64,000 nt of DNA from Vicugna vicugna (taxonomy: Eukaryota): the NCBI GenBank assembly GCA_013265495.1, contig MU059059.1:8599853-8663852 (forward strand), in the 5' to 3' direction. Shown here one piece after another: positions 36,099 to 50,405 of this stretch (position 1 is its first letter; every line of letters starts with the position of its first letter). The notes beneath the pieces are model-generated. The model had not been told where the DNA came from. It did no database searches and was given only the letters and a program-made list of their open reading frames with translations. The position numbers were made by a program, and so were the translations under genes.

Positions 36099-36959
36099 TG
36101 TGGTATTGTGATTTATAGTAAGAAATAAATATTTGGTCTTTGTCCCCATTTCTAGCACAGAGCTTCTTAAACCTTTGAAATTTCCTGAGTGATGAGAGCA
36201 TATAAAGGTGTCTTTTGTTATGTTAATGAGGTGACTTTTGGAAAGCCCCTAGGTAACCAAAGGATGAGGACTGGTTGCTAGCGGACTCAACCAGATAATT
36301 AGAAGTTTGGAACTTTCACTCCCTCTCAAGGTCTCCACTTCTCTACCACCCCATCCCCAACCCTATTGACCTCTAGGGAGTGGAGAAGAGCTGGAGGTTG
36401 AATCAACTGTCAGTGGCAATGATTTAATCAGTTGTGTTTAGGTAGTGAAGCCTCCATAGAACCCAAAAGTGTGGGAGTTCAGAGAGCTTCTAGGTTGGTG
36501 AATACCTGGAGATTTGGGGAGAGTGGCATGCTCAGAGAGGGCAAGGAAGCTCCACGCCCCTTTCCCATACCTTATCCTATGCATCTCTTCCATCTAGCTG
36601 CTCCTGAGTTATATTCTTTTATAAAAAACTGGCAATGTAGGATAAGTAAAATGTTTCTTTGAGTTCTGTGAGCCCCTCTAGCAAATTAATTGAACTCAAG
36701 GATGGTGTTGTGGGAACCTCTGATTTATAGCCAGTGGGTCAGAGGCACAGGTGATGTCCCGGACTTTCCACTGGCATCTGAAATGGAGGGCAGTCTTGTG
36801 GGACTGAGCCCTTAACCTGTGGAATCGGATACTATCTCTGGGTAGACAGTGTCAGAATTGAGTAGACACCCAGCTGATGTGGAGGGCTGCTTGGTGGTGT
36901 GTGGGAACTCCTTAACCCTCTGTCCCCGTCCCCACCCGTTGGAATTGGGTTCAGAATCA
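36099..36959 (+). mobile_element. MER21-family solo LTR (MER21C-like), about 860 bp
   Basis: tgtggtattgtgatttatagtaagaaat..gtttctttgagttctgtgagccc..gggactgagcccttaacctgtggaatc..gtgtcagaattgag. Confidence 0.85.
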
Positions 36960-39446
36960 TTAAAGATGGAGACCAATTCCTTCTGTGAGAAAGAAAAAAG
37001 GCAAATGAGTTGTCTCTCAACCTCTCTTGCTGCTAGAGCTCAGATGACTGCACCTGGGCGAGGCCAATCAGAAGCACTCGTCCCAGACACTAAATCTGGT
37101 ACTATAATTCACAGGGGTGGAAACAGTTGAGATTTCTTTCGCTGCAGCTGCAGTGGATGTCTTCAGTGCCACATGGGAGCGCTTAGCAGGCTGGGCCAGC
37201 CAAGCTCTCGTGGACAGTGTTCAGCCCCTGAGCTGGTAGTGTCCTCCCCAGACCAGCTCAGTGGAGGGGATTTAGACTGGGGCCCTTGCTGTGCAGTTCC
37301 CTTCAGTTCTGCTCAGTTCCTCAACCTGGTTCTTGAAATTTCCCAGCACTTCTGTGAGTTATACAATGATCCACTTGAAAAATTCCTTCCACATTAAAGA
37401 TAGCAAGAGTTGGTTTCTATTCTGAGAATCTTCAATGATTGTCCAGTCTCTGTATCTGCCCCTGCCCCCAAGCTACCACCCAAAACACTTGCAGGCTCCT
37501 TTAAAAACTTCCTCTTTATCATATCATTTAAAAATATATGCCTAAGAAGGTACAATGGATTCTACATGCTTAAGAAAGTACAAAGAATTCCACACGAAGT
37601 CCGACTCTTCGGCTTGATATTCCACCTTCAAAATAATCTAGCCTCTCTCAGTCTAAAGGAACTGTTATTTTTCTCTGCTGTCTATCCAGTATTTCAAAAA
37701 AAATTTTGCGCTCTATAGAAAAAAGCATTTTAAGAATCAGTACACACAGACAGAACTGAAGCAAATACTTCATAAAAAAATACTATATGTGGTAAACTGA
37801 TATTTTCTATTCCATTCTCTCTTTTTTCCACTTGAAAAAAAATGCTGGTTGACACTCAATCAAATTGATATGTAAAAAGGCACACGTTTAGCTTCTACTT
37901 GTGGTTTTCAGGCCACCCGCACTCCACTCCGTTACCAGTTTATGACATGGGGAGGAAGCATATAAAGGAATTCACTCAAAACCTTCCGTTAATCCCACTT
38001 TTCCTATTAGGGTTTCTTATATTTACACAAATCTTGCAGGGAAAAAAAAAAAGCCAAAATTGACATCATGACAAAGAAGGGCTATAGAAAATACCATTCT
38101 CAGGACTACTGGACTTGAATATGTAATTAAATCAAGCATAAAAACTTTTCTTTCCAAACTTTTATATGATTTTGCATATCACTAAGGAAGAACAGTTTTA
38201 TTCCATGCTCACAAAGGCATTTTTCGCCTAGAGTTGGTATCTTGGAAGAAGCACTGCTTTGGTTCAAGGGTTAGGGCACTGGCTACCCTGATTTATTTGA
38301 CCCAGGAGGTTTCTTTGCAGAAACTCTAACCAAACACGTGTGTAACAAATCATTGCTGACATTTTCAGATGAATGAAGTAGACTTAGAGCGGTAAAATGA
38401 TTAGATGAAAATGATTAGAAAGAGTCACGTCTACAAGGATGGGCATGAAGGGTTATCAACAAGCTGTTAACACTGCAAATGTCTCTTCATAAAAATGGGA
38501 CTGAGGATGGGGGTTGGGGTCTAGAAACAGAGTTAGGTGGAGACTGACAAAGACTGAATAGTCAGGGCTGGTGGTGGCACACCTGAGTTCCTGCCCCAGG
38601 GACATCCTCTCCCAGCTGCTGCCCTCTCACAGCTCACGACTCCCTTCCACGGGGTTCCTGGTGTCAGTGTGCTCAGTCCTTATGGTGGATGGCCTGTAGC
38701 CTTTGTGCTTTGTAACCCGTTGTAACAATCTGTTAACCTCTGTGAATATCTCATACATAGTAGATGTGCTCCCTTGAGGTTAGAACTACAAACTGAAGTA
38801 AGAAAAGAAAGGTTTTTTTCCTTTCAGTTACTTCCACAATAGTTCATCTTCCAGGATATCACTGTATGCATCCATCTTTGTGGGCTGGAAAGCTAGCCAT
38901 ATGGAATCAGATGCACAAAGCAGATTCTCCCCGCCAAGAGCTTGGGGGAAGCATGAATAATGACCGTCTCTCCCTTCCTCCTATTGGCTGAAATCTCTTA
39001 GACTCCTGGCTATTTCCAATCCCTTCAGAGTTTTATGCAGCCTTCTGCTTCACAGCTTCCTTTCTCTACATTAAAAGAAGCACAGAAGAGTCGCCAAAAT
39101 AAACCAAATCAGAAATTCCTTGGTGAACAGAAAAATGCATCCTGTATCCTTTATCCTGATGGTCTCATTTCTGCTCCTTCTACCTACCCCTCCCAGTCCA
39201 TCTCCCCATCACTCTTCAGAGATTGAGGCTTTTGCTACAGTGAAAAGCTGCTGGTATTGGGGAGACTGGCATTTATTTACTTTTTCCTTGTCTATCCCAC
39301 AGGGACATCTTTGTCTTTCTCTGCACTACCATTTGAGGGTGAAGATAAAGTAAGGGAAGTTGACTAGTGGATTATGGAAAAGAACTCTGGAAGCAATCAA
39401 TACCAAGTATTCCTAATGCTGCCCTCCTTCCTTACAGTGGGAGGTG

Positions 39447-39570
39447 ATACAGAATAGGGGTTAAGAAACCGCAGTAGGATGGCTTGGGTTAAATCCCGCT
39501 CTGCCTCTGTCTCCTTATCTGACCTTGTCACGTTACTTCCCCTCCCAAGCCTGGGCTTCCACCTTTCACT
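39447..39570 (+). mobile_element. MIR 5' part
   Basis: ggttaagaaac..ttgggttaaatcccgctctgcc..gttacttccctcccaagcctgggcttcc. Confidence 0.6.
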
Positions 39571-42439
39571 CTAGTTATTCTATCATCCCCTGCAGGGACA
39601 GAGGTGTGTGCTCTACTCTCTAGGCGCTCCCACTGAAATGGAAAGCCTACTCAAGCCGCCTGTTCTACATCATTGTCACCCCGGTATTTCACCAACTATG
39701 GGTGCCGTGGCTACCAAGTCCCTGGTAAGAATGTGAAAATGTGGGTCAAGTGCTCTCCATGATTTAGGGGCGTGGGCTAGAGCTCACCTTTCCCTCCATG
39801 GTTCATCTAGTCTTTAAAGACAAATTATGCCCTTGGCCTTCCAGGTAAGTTGACTTCCTGGTGCTATGACACCAACCTGAGATTTCAAAGCAAGAGTCTT
39901 GCTTTGTCAAGAGCATGCATAGCACACAGTGGGCATCATGTTCAGAAGCAGTGACCCATGTGCTGAAAATTGATGCTTCTGGTGGCAAATGAATGGATTT
40001 CATTCTGCAGCAAAATTTCTCTTTTTAACATAAGAGGGAGTTTCCTTCCTTTCTTTGCTTTTCTTTGCTGCCAGAAATCATTTAATTATTTGGAACACAT
40101 TTCTTTATTTTTATTTTTAAATAGGGTTATTGACATCAGCTGGATCTTAGGGCTTTTTGCAAAATATCTAGTGTGTCTAATTAGATCATAGTACTGTTGA
40201 CAACTCACAGGTCCAATTTTTTTTCCTTCCTTCTCTCTCTCTCACTTTTTTTTTTTAAACAAATCCGGAGGACATTAGAATGGACTAAAATAATTTCCCC
40301 ATCTGTAGAAGATTTCACAGACAAATAGTACTTAAGTGGAGAAATCCCTTGATAAATTTGCCAGTAGACCAATTTTCCTCACTGGTGGAGGCAGGTTTAT
40401 AACTGAGATTCTTTGTGCATTGTGGGAGGCAAATACACATGCATTTTACGTGAGCAAATTGAAAGCCAATCAGCCATGATTTTTTTCAATTATACTTTCT
40501 TTAAAATACCCTCCTTTAGAACCCAGTTCTCAAAGGTTTGCTCTCCATGACTGTAAGCTGCTCTTGGAACCCTGGAAGGGATGGAGAGAGAGAACTGAGA
40601 GTCAAAGGTTTCCACGTAACCACAGTTGTTTCTCGCTTCAGAAGTTGCCTATTTTTGTTCTCTCTAGAGAGAGAATTGCAGAAGATTTTTATGTCTGTCT
40701 CAAAACTGATTATGTGTTTTTAGTTTACCAAGATCAGACTTTAAAAAAATGTCAACAAAAGAAACACAAAAATAACACTTGTCATCCTTTCTGCACATGT
40801 CAGCGAGTTTGCTCAGCACTTGGGCATGCTTGGAGTAGCGTTGCTTGTTGGCATTTACTATGAAACGCTACGAACTTAAAAGTAGCAACAGGAGGATACT
40901 GAGAACAGTTGTGCTCTTTATGTGAACTGATGCAAGGCTCTTGTTCATAAATTAGCTAGACCTTCAGTTAGTTTTGTTTTGTTTTGTTTTGATTTTTCAG
41001 GTGGTAACTCAGTAAACTGAAACCAAGCCACTCTCATTAGTGCTAACATTTAAGCAAATTATCTGAAGTCTGGATTTCACTTTTTGGGGGGGTAAAAATA
41101 GCTTAACATTATAAAATCAATCTTAGCCTTTATTCTTCCATAATTAGTGGCCATTTTGGGAAGGGGAGAAATGCTTTACCGAAAATAATATTGAAGTCAA
41201 TAAAGGTACAAAATTGATAAAGAAGTAGAAGCCAAGAGGAAGGAAGTACAGAGGAAATGGAAAAGAAAGGGAGGGAAGGAGGGGGAAGAGACAGAGATAG
41301 GGGAGAGAGAGAGACTGGTTGTATGAGCCTTTATATAGGGCAGGAAAAAAATAGAATTTAATGACTGGGCTTATGTCATCATTGGATTGTGCTGGCGAAT
41401 ACAGCGTAACAGACTCTGAGATCCAAAAAAATCCTTCAAGCTCTGATTCAAAGTTTTCAAATGCTTATCCACACCCAGTGAGCCCTTTCAGAACGGCCTG
41501 GGTAAAGGTTATTCTTAATATAACCCAGATGGTAGCTGGCACCCCGCTACCCTTTGAGATCTAGACAATTTTGACTTGTATCCTTAACCTGTGTTTCACA
41601 AAAGGTCCAAATCTCTGTTTCGATAAAGTCAGTTACCAGGTTTTCTTTTGTGGTTCATACACTTTCAGTCCTATCTTACAAATCTTTGCCTACCCCAAAG
41701 AAGAGGTATTTTTAATATAAGATTTCACGCAACTTTAAACTGAACATTTGACATCCCCACCAGCACTCCCTTCACCCAGATTTCACACTGGCCACTCCAC
41801 GCAGAAATGCTTCAGACTAACATCATCCCCTGACCCATCAGCCCCACACACTCCAGATGACTCCCCACTCTAAGTCCTAAACTCCAAATTCTTCTCCCTC
41901 TAACACAGAGCCATTTGAACTTCTAAAGCTCTGAGATTAGCTTTGCATGACTAAAGCCTAGAAGATGTTCAACCAGTCAAAAGGTTTTTCCAGAATGTAG
42001 TTGTAACGGTCATAGCAATTTTCCTCTCCTTTACATTATTGGATCAACTCAAACTTCTGGTCCAAGTTTCCCATGAAAATTTGGGGATTTTAAAAGCTAA
42101 ACTCCTCTACTGAAATAATATTCAAAGCCTTCAATGCCTAGAGACCTCAGATACTTGCCCCCGTTTTACCCACTGTATCCACACTTCAGAGTACAACGTG
42201 ATGTGGCTGATTAAGAAATTAATAAGCCACGTCTCTACATGGTAACACTCTTGTCTTCTGAACTTACTGACACTCAACATAATCGCTCTACAAGCCAGTC
42301 ACTATTCCTCTCATTTCTAATTCCTGAGACCATTTCACTCACGTCTACCAACGGAAAATCAGCCCAGGCGTTGCCAGGTTATTTTATAATAGAGAATGAA
42401 ATCTTAGATTGCTCTTCTCAAGAGTTGAACTTCAACTCT

Positions 42440-42860
42440 AGAATTAATAGAGTCTTTACAAGTTTTTCTTTTCTTGGATTTCTTGGTCTGTCACCTTAAG
42501 TTCAAGATGTCCCAAAGAGAATTTGTCTCTCTCTCCAAAATAGCTCTCCATGTCAGTTGCCCCATCTCTAGCAGAGTTCAAATCACTGTGGACTCTTACA
42601 ACCTCCTTATCCTCTGTTACTCTGAAATGCCTAAGATTTGTCCTTTTTCCTCCATTCCCACCTTAGACCAGATCTTCTTTCTGGAGTTACTACTGTAACT
42701 TCTGATCTATCTTCCCTACGTTCTTTCTTTCCTCCACTCTCCTGGCTCTGTCAACCCCACATCATTTCTGTGCAAGGCAGACCTTTCCGCATTTGCTCAA
42801 TAATCTACACTGAATCCCTCTGGTCTAGCATACCTCCTGACCTTGAAGACTCCTGGAGAC
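42440..42860 (+). mobile_element. Degenerate L2
   Basis: ccttaagttcaagatgtcccaaagagaatt..tcctccattcccaccttagaccagatc. Confidence 0.5.
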
Positions 42861-45252
42861 AGGCTTCACCACACCTATCTGAGTGATTTCCCAAAGTAAG
42901 CTCCATTCCAGGAGGCCAGTCTCCTGGCTCTCTCTCCATGTGTACCAAGCTCATTCTGTCTTTGAGTTTTTCTCTTGGGCTCTTGACTCTCCCCAAAGAT
43001 TCAAGACATAAAATGCCCCATTCAGGATCACATTTTAAATCCTTCTCTTTCAAAACTTGTTCATCTTACCTCCTCCAACAAATTCCCCTCTTCTTTAAAC
43101 CACTGCTTTTCTTATAATTCACTGAGCCTGGTTTGAAGTATCTGTATAATAGCATCCAGCTCTCTATTTGAGTTCGAGATAATCAAACAGACACACATTT
43201 TTAAAAAGCCAGTATGTTTACAACACAGAGGTTCCATTAAACGAGAACCGAGCCCCAAGGCCCCTGGTAAGTAGCTTTGGACTCTGCTCCTCCCCTTGAC
43301 AGTTCCTTTTAGAGCCACTCATTTACGTGGGGTCTGAAAGCATCCTAGGGAAAACAAAAGTCGTGAATGTTGCTCACTATTGGGAACCACATGGCCATGT
43401 CTGATGGACTGGGTTGGCCCCAACAGGAGCCAGAAGGACAACAGTGCCTTTGGGAGAGAAGCTATCACAGAGAAGGTGGAATCTGGCCCAGTGAGCCAGA
43501 CTGGAGAAGTGATTTCAGGAATGGCCCAACAGCTGACACCAGAAGCTTCCTGACCTAGTCCAGGTGACAGCACTTGTCATGGGAGGAAAAGGGCTTGGTT
43601 GTGTGAAGTGGAACGAGCTGTATATTAAGCACTGTAGCACTTTGGGGCTCAATAACTCTTACAGACAACCCTTCCTTCTCTTCCCAGGGGCCCTGCCTGG
43701 GCTAAATACAGACGAGCATTCTTTTCACTTTGCCAGGATGGTGACAAGATCTCTGGCCTCCAGGCACGGTGGCATTATTCCAATTTCCCAAACAATGGGT
43801 TCAGTGGAGTCCCACCTCCACAGGTGGCTAGAGGGACAGAAGCCAAGTTCCACCCCTAGAGGGGCACCTCTGTGGACCCACCAGGGCCTTGGGCTGCAGA
43901 GTCCCAGCTCAGCTCGACACTGATCACGGTAGCCTGTGAATGAGTGAAAGGCTCCTGTCGGCCTCCTGCACCCAATGAAATCTCTCAGGCTGGTCCAGGT
44001 CCATGCCCTGGCCCTGAACAGGAAGTGCAGTCTTTTCCCTCTACACAAAAGAAGAGACCCAGAGTTCACACCAAACAAGCACCCACGAATGCCACCTGCT
44101 GTCCTCCCATGACCAAAAAGAGGAAGATTCATATACAAAAAAAGGGCTAACGTTTCTCACCAGTGCAGGCAGGGCTGGGTGCAATCTGGCAGTGAAGAGG
44201 GAATTGATCTGATGGCCTGTGGGTTCCTGCGCCTTTCTTCACTCACTTGGGGGAAGAAATAGCCTGAATGTTGAGTTCTCAGAAGCTGCAGGAGCAGTGG
44301 GACAGACTGGGTGGCCATCCTAATTCCTCACACTGCTCTGGGGCCCTTCCTTTCCAGTCATGAAGGCTGGACTGTACTGTCACATCATAGGTGACCGGAG
44401 GAAAATAACTCACCCTATGAAACCATGGATACAGCCATCCCCATAAAATACTTCCTGTAGCATTACCACCGACATGCAAAACATATGTTATAATCAAGTT
44501 CAAAGCCACATACATATAGATCCCATAAACTTGCTACACTAGGGCACAATCTGGTGTCCAAAGAAAGATCTTATTACGAAGTGGTATTTGCTTAGGGAGT
44601 CTAAGGCCACTGAGAAAGGAGTGTGCAAGGTCTCTACCAAGATGTTTAACTGAAGGGAGCTTCTACCTCACTCTGTGAGGCATTGGTGAGACTCTCTGGC
44701 TTTAAGACCCGGTGGTGACATCGCCATTTCAGGTCTGGGTTTGACGACTTCCAGCATGAGTGCTATGGAAGTTGGACTATGAAATAGGTTATAGTTGGGT
44801 ATTAGTTTCCTTTTGTATTTGTTTTTTAAGCTTAGAAAGTTCTCAGAATCCTATAAAACATTTGTGTACACATACAACAAAGAACAAATGTTACTGTTTT
44901 GAGTTTTACCTCCAGGTTTTTCTAAAAACAAACAAAATAGTATATTATGGTTAAGGTGGAGGCCCTTGTCTCCCTCTCCAGCACTGCTTGTTCCCTTTCC
45001 TCCCCTCCTACCATCAGCCTCACCTGTTGCTTATCCTCCAAGTCCAAAGTTTTAATCTTTTTTTAAAAAAAATTGTATGTCTATTCATATCCATAGACAA
45101 CGTATAGTACTGCTTTGAGTTTTTAAACTTTTACACCAAAGCTATCATACTGTACAAATCTTTGGGTAATTACTTTTTTCCCTATTCTTTTAGAACTTTC
45201 CATGTTGATACATATACCTCTAGTTCATTTATGCAGTATTGTCTTGCTACAC

Positions 45253-45375
45253 AAAATACCATGGCCCAGAAGCAGCAGCATTACTAGGGAGCTTCTTTAA
45301 AAGGCAGAACCCCAAGCTTCACCCAAGATCTAAAGACTGCCAGGTAGTTTTCACATTAAAGTCAGGAAAAAACCC
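45253..45375. mobile_element. MER5A-like MITE inside old L1
   Basis: cagcagcattactagggagcttctttaaaaggcagaaccccaagcttcaccc..cacattaaagt. Confidence 0.6.
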
Positions 45376-46725
45376 TGTTGTATTGCATTTCATTATATGA
45401 TGACACCACAATGTACTTACACTATATAATATACAAATACATTATAATACATGTATAAATATATTTATTCTTCCCCTATTGATGGACATTCAAGTTGTTT
45501 CAAATTTTTTTTCTATCAGAAACAATGCTGCAATGAATATACTTATACACATCTTAAAAGTGCACATGTGTAATAGTTTTGTAGGGTAATTACCTGAAAG
45601 CAGAATGCAAAGTAGAAGGTATATTCTTCTGTTCATCTTCAACATGATATGGCCAAACTGCTTTCCAGAGAGGTTATGCCAATTTTATACTCCTTCTGCA
45701 GTGTACAATCATATCCTTGACAACATTTGATACTGTTAAGATCTTTTTGAATTTTGCAAGTCTGATGAGAGTGAAATTATATCTCATATGACTTTTTTCT
45801 TTTTTTTTTACAGCTTTACTGAAGTATAATTGACATACATCAAGTTGCACAAAAAGTATACAACTTGGTGATCTGACATATTTATACTCCTGTGAAACTA
45901 TCACCAGAGTCAAGATAATGAACATGTCTGTCACCCCCAAATGTTTCCAAGTCCCTCAGTAATCTCTCCCTCCTGCCCTCCACTTCCCCAGGCAGCTCTG
46001 ATTTGCTTTCTGTCGCCATGGATAGTTTTCATTTTCTAGAATTTTATGTAAGTGGAATCATACATTGTATATTCTTCTCAATAGACTTCTTTTCCTCAGC
46101 ATGTTTATTCCAAGGTTCATCCTTAATGTTTCATGAAATCAACAGCTCGTTCATTTTTAATGCTGAAAAGTGTTCATTACATTAACCTACCACAGTTTAT
46201 TCATTCACCTGTCGGTGGACATTTCGGTTGTTTCACATTTGTATTACAGATAAAGCTGCTGTGAATATTCGGTGTAAGTATTTGTGTGGACATATGCTTT
46301 TATTTCTCTTGGGTAAAATACTCAGGAGGAGAATGACTGGATTGCATGGTAGGTGTGTGTTAACTTTCTTAAGAAACTGCCAAATTTTCCTAAAAGTGGT
46401 TGTATCATTTTATAATTCCACCAGCAGTAGGTGAGAGTTTTAATTGTTCCATATCCTTGCCAACAATTGGCATTAAGTCTTTTTACCTTTAGCCATGCTA
46501 ACAGGTGCACAGCGCTATCACACTGTGGTTTTAGTTTTCATTTCCCTATTGACGCCTGATGTTGAGTGCTTCCACGCATTTATCTACCACTCATTTTATC
46601 TTCTTTGATGAAGATCCTATTCAAATCTTTCATCCATTTTTAAAATTGGGCTGCTGGTGTTCTTAATTTTTCTCCTGTTTTTTAATATATTCTAGATATA
46701 ATTTGTTTATCAAATACATAGTTTT

Positions 46726-46830
46726 CTTTTTTTAACATTTTTTATTGATTTATAATCATTTTACAATGTTGTGTCAAATTCCAGTGTTCAGCACAATTTT
46801 TCAGTCATACATGGACATATACACACTCAT
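46726..46830 (-). mobile_element. Young, severely truncated lineage-type L1 3' end (about 105 bp)
   Basis: ttttaacatttttttattgatttataatcattttacaatgttgtgtcaaattccagtgt..; degenerate TSD tacatagtttt (46715-46725) / tacgtaatttt (46831-46841). Confidence 0.8.
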
Positions 46831-49599
46831 TACGTAATTTTCAAACATTTTTCTCTCAGTCCATTAATTGTCTTTTCATTCTCTTATGTTGTCTTTCAAA
46901 AAAAACAAGTTCTTGAATTTGATGAAGTCCAGTTTATCAACTTTTTCTTTTATAGATCATGTTTTTTGTATCATACCGAAGAAATCTTTGCCTCTTTCAA
47001 ATCACAAAGATTTTTCTCCTGTGTGTACCTAGAAGTTTTGGGTTTTATATTTAACTCTGTGATCCGTTTTGAATTAATATTTGTATATACTGGATGTGTG
47101 GATTGAGATTCATTTTTTATGTGGATATCCAATTGTTCTAACACCATTTATTGGAAAAATTCTCTTTTCTCCATTGAACTACCTTTGCACCTGTGTTGAA
47201 AATCAATGGACTATATAGGTATGGGTTTGTTCCTATACTCTTTATCCCATTGTCTCTCTCTGTGCCAATTCCACATTGCCTTCATTACTGAAGATTTGTA
47301 GGTAAGCAAGTCAAGTAATGTAAGTCCTCCAATTTGTTCTTTTTCAAAGTTTCTTTGGCCATTCTAGGTCCTCGGCATATGCATATAAATTCTAGAATCA
47401 GCCTGTTGGTTTTCACAAAAAAAAGCCTACTGGGATTTTGATTGGGACTGCAATAAAGCTATGGATCAACTTGGGTAGAGTTGATATATTAACAGTATTT
47501 TAGAGTTTTTTGATCCCTGAACACGATATATCTCCACTTACTTAGGTCTTCTTGAATTTCTTTCAGTAATGGTTTGTAGTTTCCGTGTACAGGTCCTGAT
47601 CTTTTGTAAAATTTATCCCCAAGTATACATATTTTTGTAAACTTCATAAATGTTATAAATAGTATTGTTTTTCAGTTTCAGCTTCTAATTGTTCATTACT
47701 AATACAAAGAAACACAATTATTTTTAACTATTTACCTTGTAGCATGCAACCTCAGTTGTTTGCTGATTTAGTATCTTCTCCACATACAATCGTATTGTCT
47801 ACAAATACAGGTTTACTTCTTCCTTCCTACTCTTTATTTATGCTATTTATTTATTTAGTTTGATTTGTTGGATTATTTTGTTGTGTTATTTTAGTGGTTT
47901 CTTTAGGGGTTATAATCTATATCCTGAATTAGTCACAGTGCAACTTCAAGTGATAGTGTACCTCTTCACAGAGGGCATAAGAACCTCACATCAGTATGCT
48001 CTCATTTCCCCTCCCCAGGTCTTTGTGTGTCATTTGTTCTCAGACATGTTGCTTCTACATATGTTATAAACTTCCCAACATATTGTTATGATTCTGGTTT
48101 TAGATGGTCAGTTATCTGTTAAAATGATTGAAAATAAGAAAGAATTTATTGTATTTTTTATAGGTGTGCCTCAGATCTTTGTGTAAATTTAGGTTCCCAT
48201 CTGGTATTGGTTTCTTCTGCCAGAAGGATTTCCTTTAACATTTCCAGAAATGCTGGCTTGTGGTGGAATTCTCAGCTTTTGTATGTTTGAAAGTCTCCGT
48301 TGCACCTTTGTTTTTGATCAATATATTTTTGCTGACTATAGAACTCTAGATTTCCTGTTTTTATTTTTAGTACTTCAGTGATGTTGCTCCACTGTTTCCT
48401 GGCTTGCACTGTTTCTGGTGATTAAGTCTGTAATTTTTAGTCTTTGATTTTCTGAAAATAATGTGTCTTTTTGCTCTAGCTGCTTTTAAGATTTTCTTTT
48501 TGTCACTAGTTTTAAGCAACTTGATAATGATGTCCTCAGTGTAGTTTTCTTCCTTTTGTGGGTGAGTGTGTTTGGGATTTACTGAGCTTCTTGAACCTGT
48601 AGGATAATTTGCACCAAATTTGGAAAAATTTTTATTGTCTTCTTTGTCTTAGCATACTTTTGATCTCCATAGACATTATAGTTTCCATCTCTAGAAGTTT
48701 TGCGTGAGCATGTTTTTTAAAAAATATCTGCCTGTCTCTCCTTAACATGCTTCATCTTTCCTCTACATTCTAGATTGCATGGTATGTAATTATTATAACT
48801 TTTAATGCTCTTATTTACTACTTCTATAATCTGTGTCATTTCTGGGTGGATTTTGATCGATTGGGTTTTCTGTCATTATGCATCATATTTTCATGTTTCC
48901 CTGCACGCCTGGTAATTTTTTCTTGGATCCCAAAACATTGTGAATTTATTTTATTGTGTGCCAATATTTTTGTATTCCTATATTCTTGAACTTGTTCTGG
49001 GACAGTTAATTGGAAACAGTTTGATCCTTTCAATACTTGCTTTTAAGCTTTGTTAGACAAGCTCAGAGCAATCTTTTGTCTAGGAATAATTTTCCTCACT
49101 ACTGAGGCAACAGCTTTTTGAGGACTCTAGGTAATGTTCCATGACTTGTGTGAGTTACAAAGTTTTCCCTCTCTGGCTGGCAAAATCCCATACTAAACCC
49201 AGAACTCTGTGAGCCCTGTGATTAGGGAAAATGGTTTTCCCTAATCCTTTCTGGTGGTTCTTTCCCCAGCCTTGGGTAGCTCCCTCACACATGTTCACTA
49301 ATCAGTTCTCAGGTGGAGACTTGAGAGAACCCTCTTCAGATCTTCAGAGCCTTTCTCTCTCTGCAACTCTCTCCTCTCTGGAGTCTTCTTTGCAAACATT
49401 AACTGCCTTGGCCTCCCCCAAACACCAGCTCTGTCTCCTCTGAGCTCTCTCCCTGGAAGCCTGGAAACTCTTTAGTGGGGGAGCCAGGCTGACCATAGGG
49501 TGTGGCCACATGGAGGCACTCTGGTTGACGGTGCCAGTGGATCTCAGACTTTCCGACATTAGGGAAGACATCCTGGGCCCTCCAGACCAGCCCATCTGT

Positions 49600-49773
49600 C
49601 ATCTAAATACCAACAAATGATCCCAGTTGGTGTAGAGCAGAAGATAACCTAGGCAAGCCCACTCTGAATTCATGATTCATGATATTGTGAGATGTGATAA
49701 AATGGTGGCTATTGTAAACCAAGAAGTCATTGGACAACTAAGTTTCGATGTGTAACAAATAGATGACCAGAAC
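49600..49773 (+). mobile_element. Old MLT1 LTR 3' fragment
   Basis: gtagagcagaagataacctaggcaagccc..tgtaacaaatagatgaccagaaca. Confidence 0.65.
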
Positions 49774-50234
49774 AGAATTTAGTTAGGTGTTAGCTATAGA
49801 TGTTGATTTGAGTAGCATCATCATTTAGATAGTAGAAACCAAGACAATGGATGTGACTGATCTCCCAAGGATGTCTGTGAGGGATACTTAAATTGTCTAG
49901 CTCAACTCTCATTGCAAGTTTCTTTCTGCAAAGGCTAAACAGCCTCAAACGACATGTGTTTGAGATTTGGGAAGGCAGATGTGAGGCAGAGCCATCTTCT
50001 TGCAGCTCCTTCTGCTGGCAAGTAAGGTGATGCACTCTGGAGTGGAGAGGCAATTGCAGGGCCACATTCAGATGTCCGGAAGATGGCTTCTTGGGGCTCC
50101 TGTGCCGCCAACCTCCATTCCACCCCTTAATACCCACACCTATTTTTCTTACAGCCTCACAGACTGTTAGGATCCTCCATTTTCTTGCTACAACTCTGTT
50201 TCCATATCCTTAAAGTAAAATAATTTTTTTTGCT

Positions 50235-50405
50235 TGTCAGTAGTTCTCAGCACGTTGAAATCACCCAAAGTACTTGAGAAATTGATGTGAAGTTCCCGTG
50301 CTAAGATATTCTGATCTGATAGGTCTCAGGTGTGATAGAGAAATCACTGTGTTTTTGAAAACATTCCCAGTGATTCTAGTACACATCCAGGTGTAAACTA
50401 CCGAC
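50235..50405. mobile_element. MER5-like MITE
   Basis: cagtagttctcagcac..gaaatcaccc..gatattctgatctgataggtctcagg..cccagtgattcta. Confidence 0.65.

Larger units (their letters stand above)
45050..49500 (-). mobile_element. Mosaic of old L1 elements (L1ME/MC/MB-like) with nested insertions
   Basis: Continuous T-rich antisense L1 motifs, e.g. cccctattgatggacattcaagttgtttc, tttctagaattttatgtaagtggaatcatac, ttgatgaagtccagtttatc, tgggattttgattgggactgcaataaagctatggatc. Confidence 0.9.

Noticed and set aside
42421-42439. Perfect palindrome AGAGTTGAA-C-TTCAACTCT
   Set aside because: 9-bp arms are near chance expectation for a 64-kb AT-rich window
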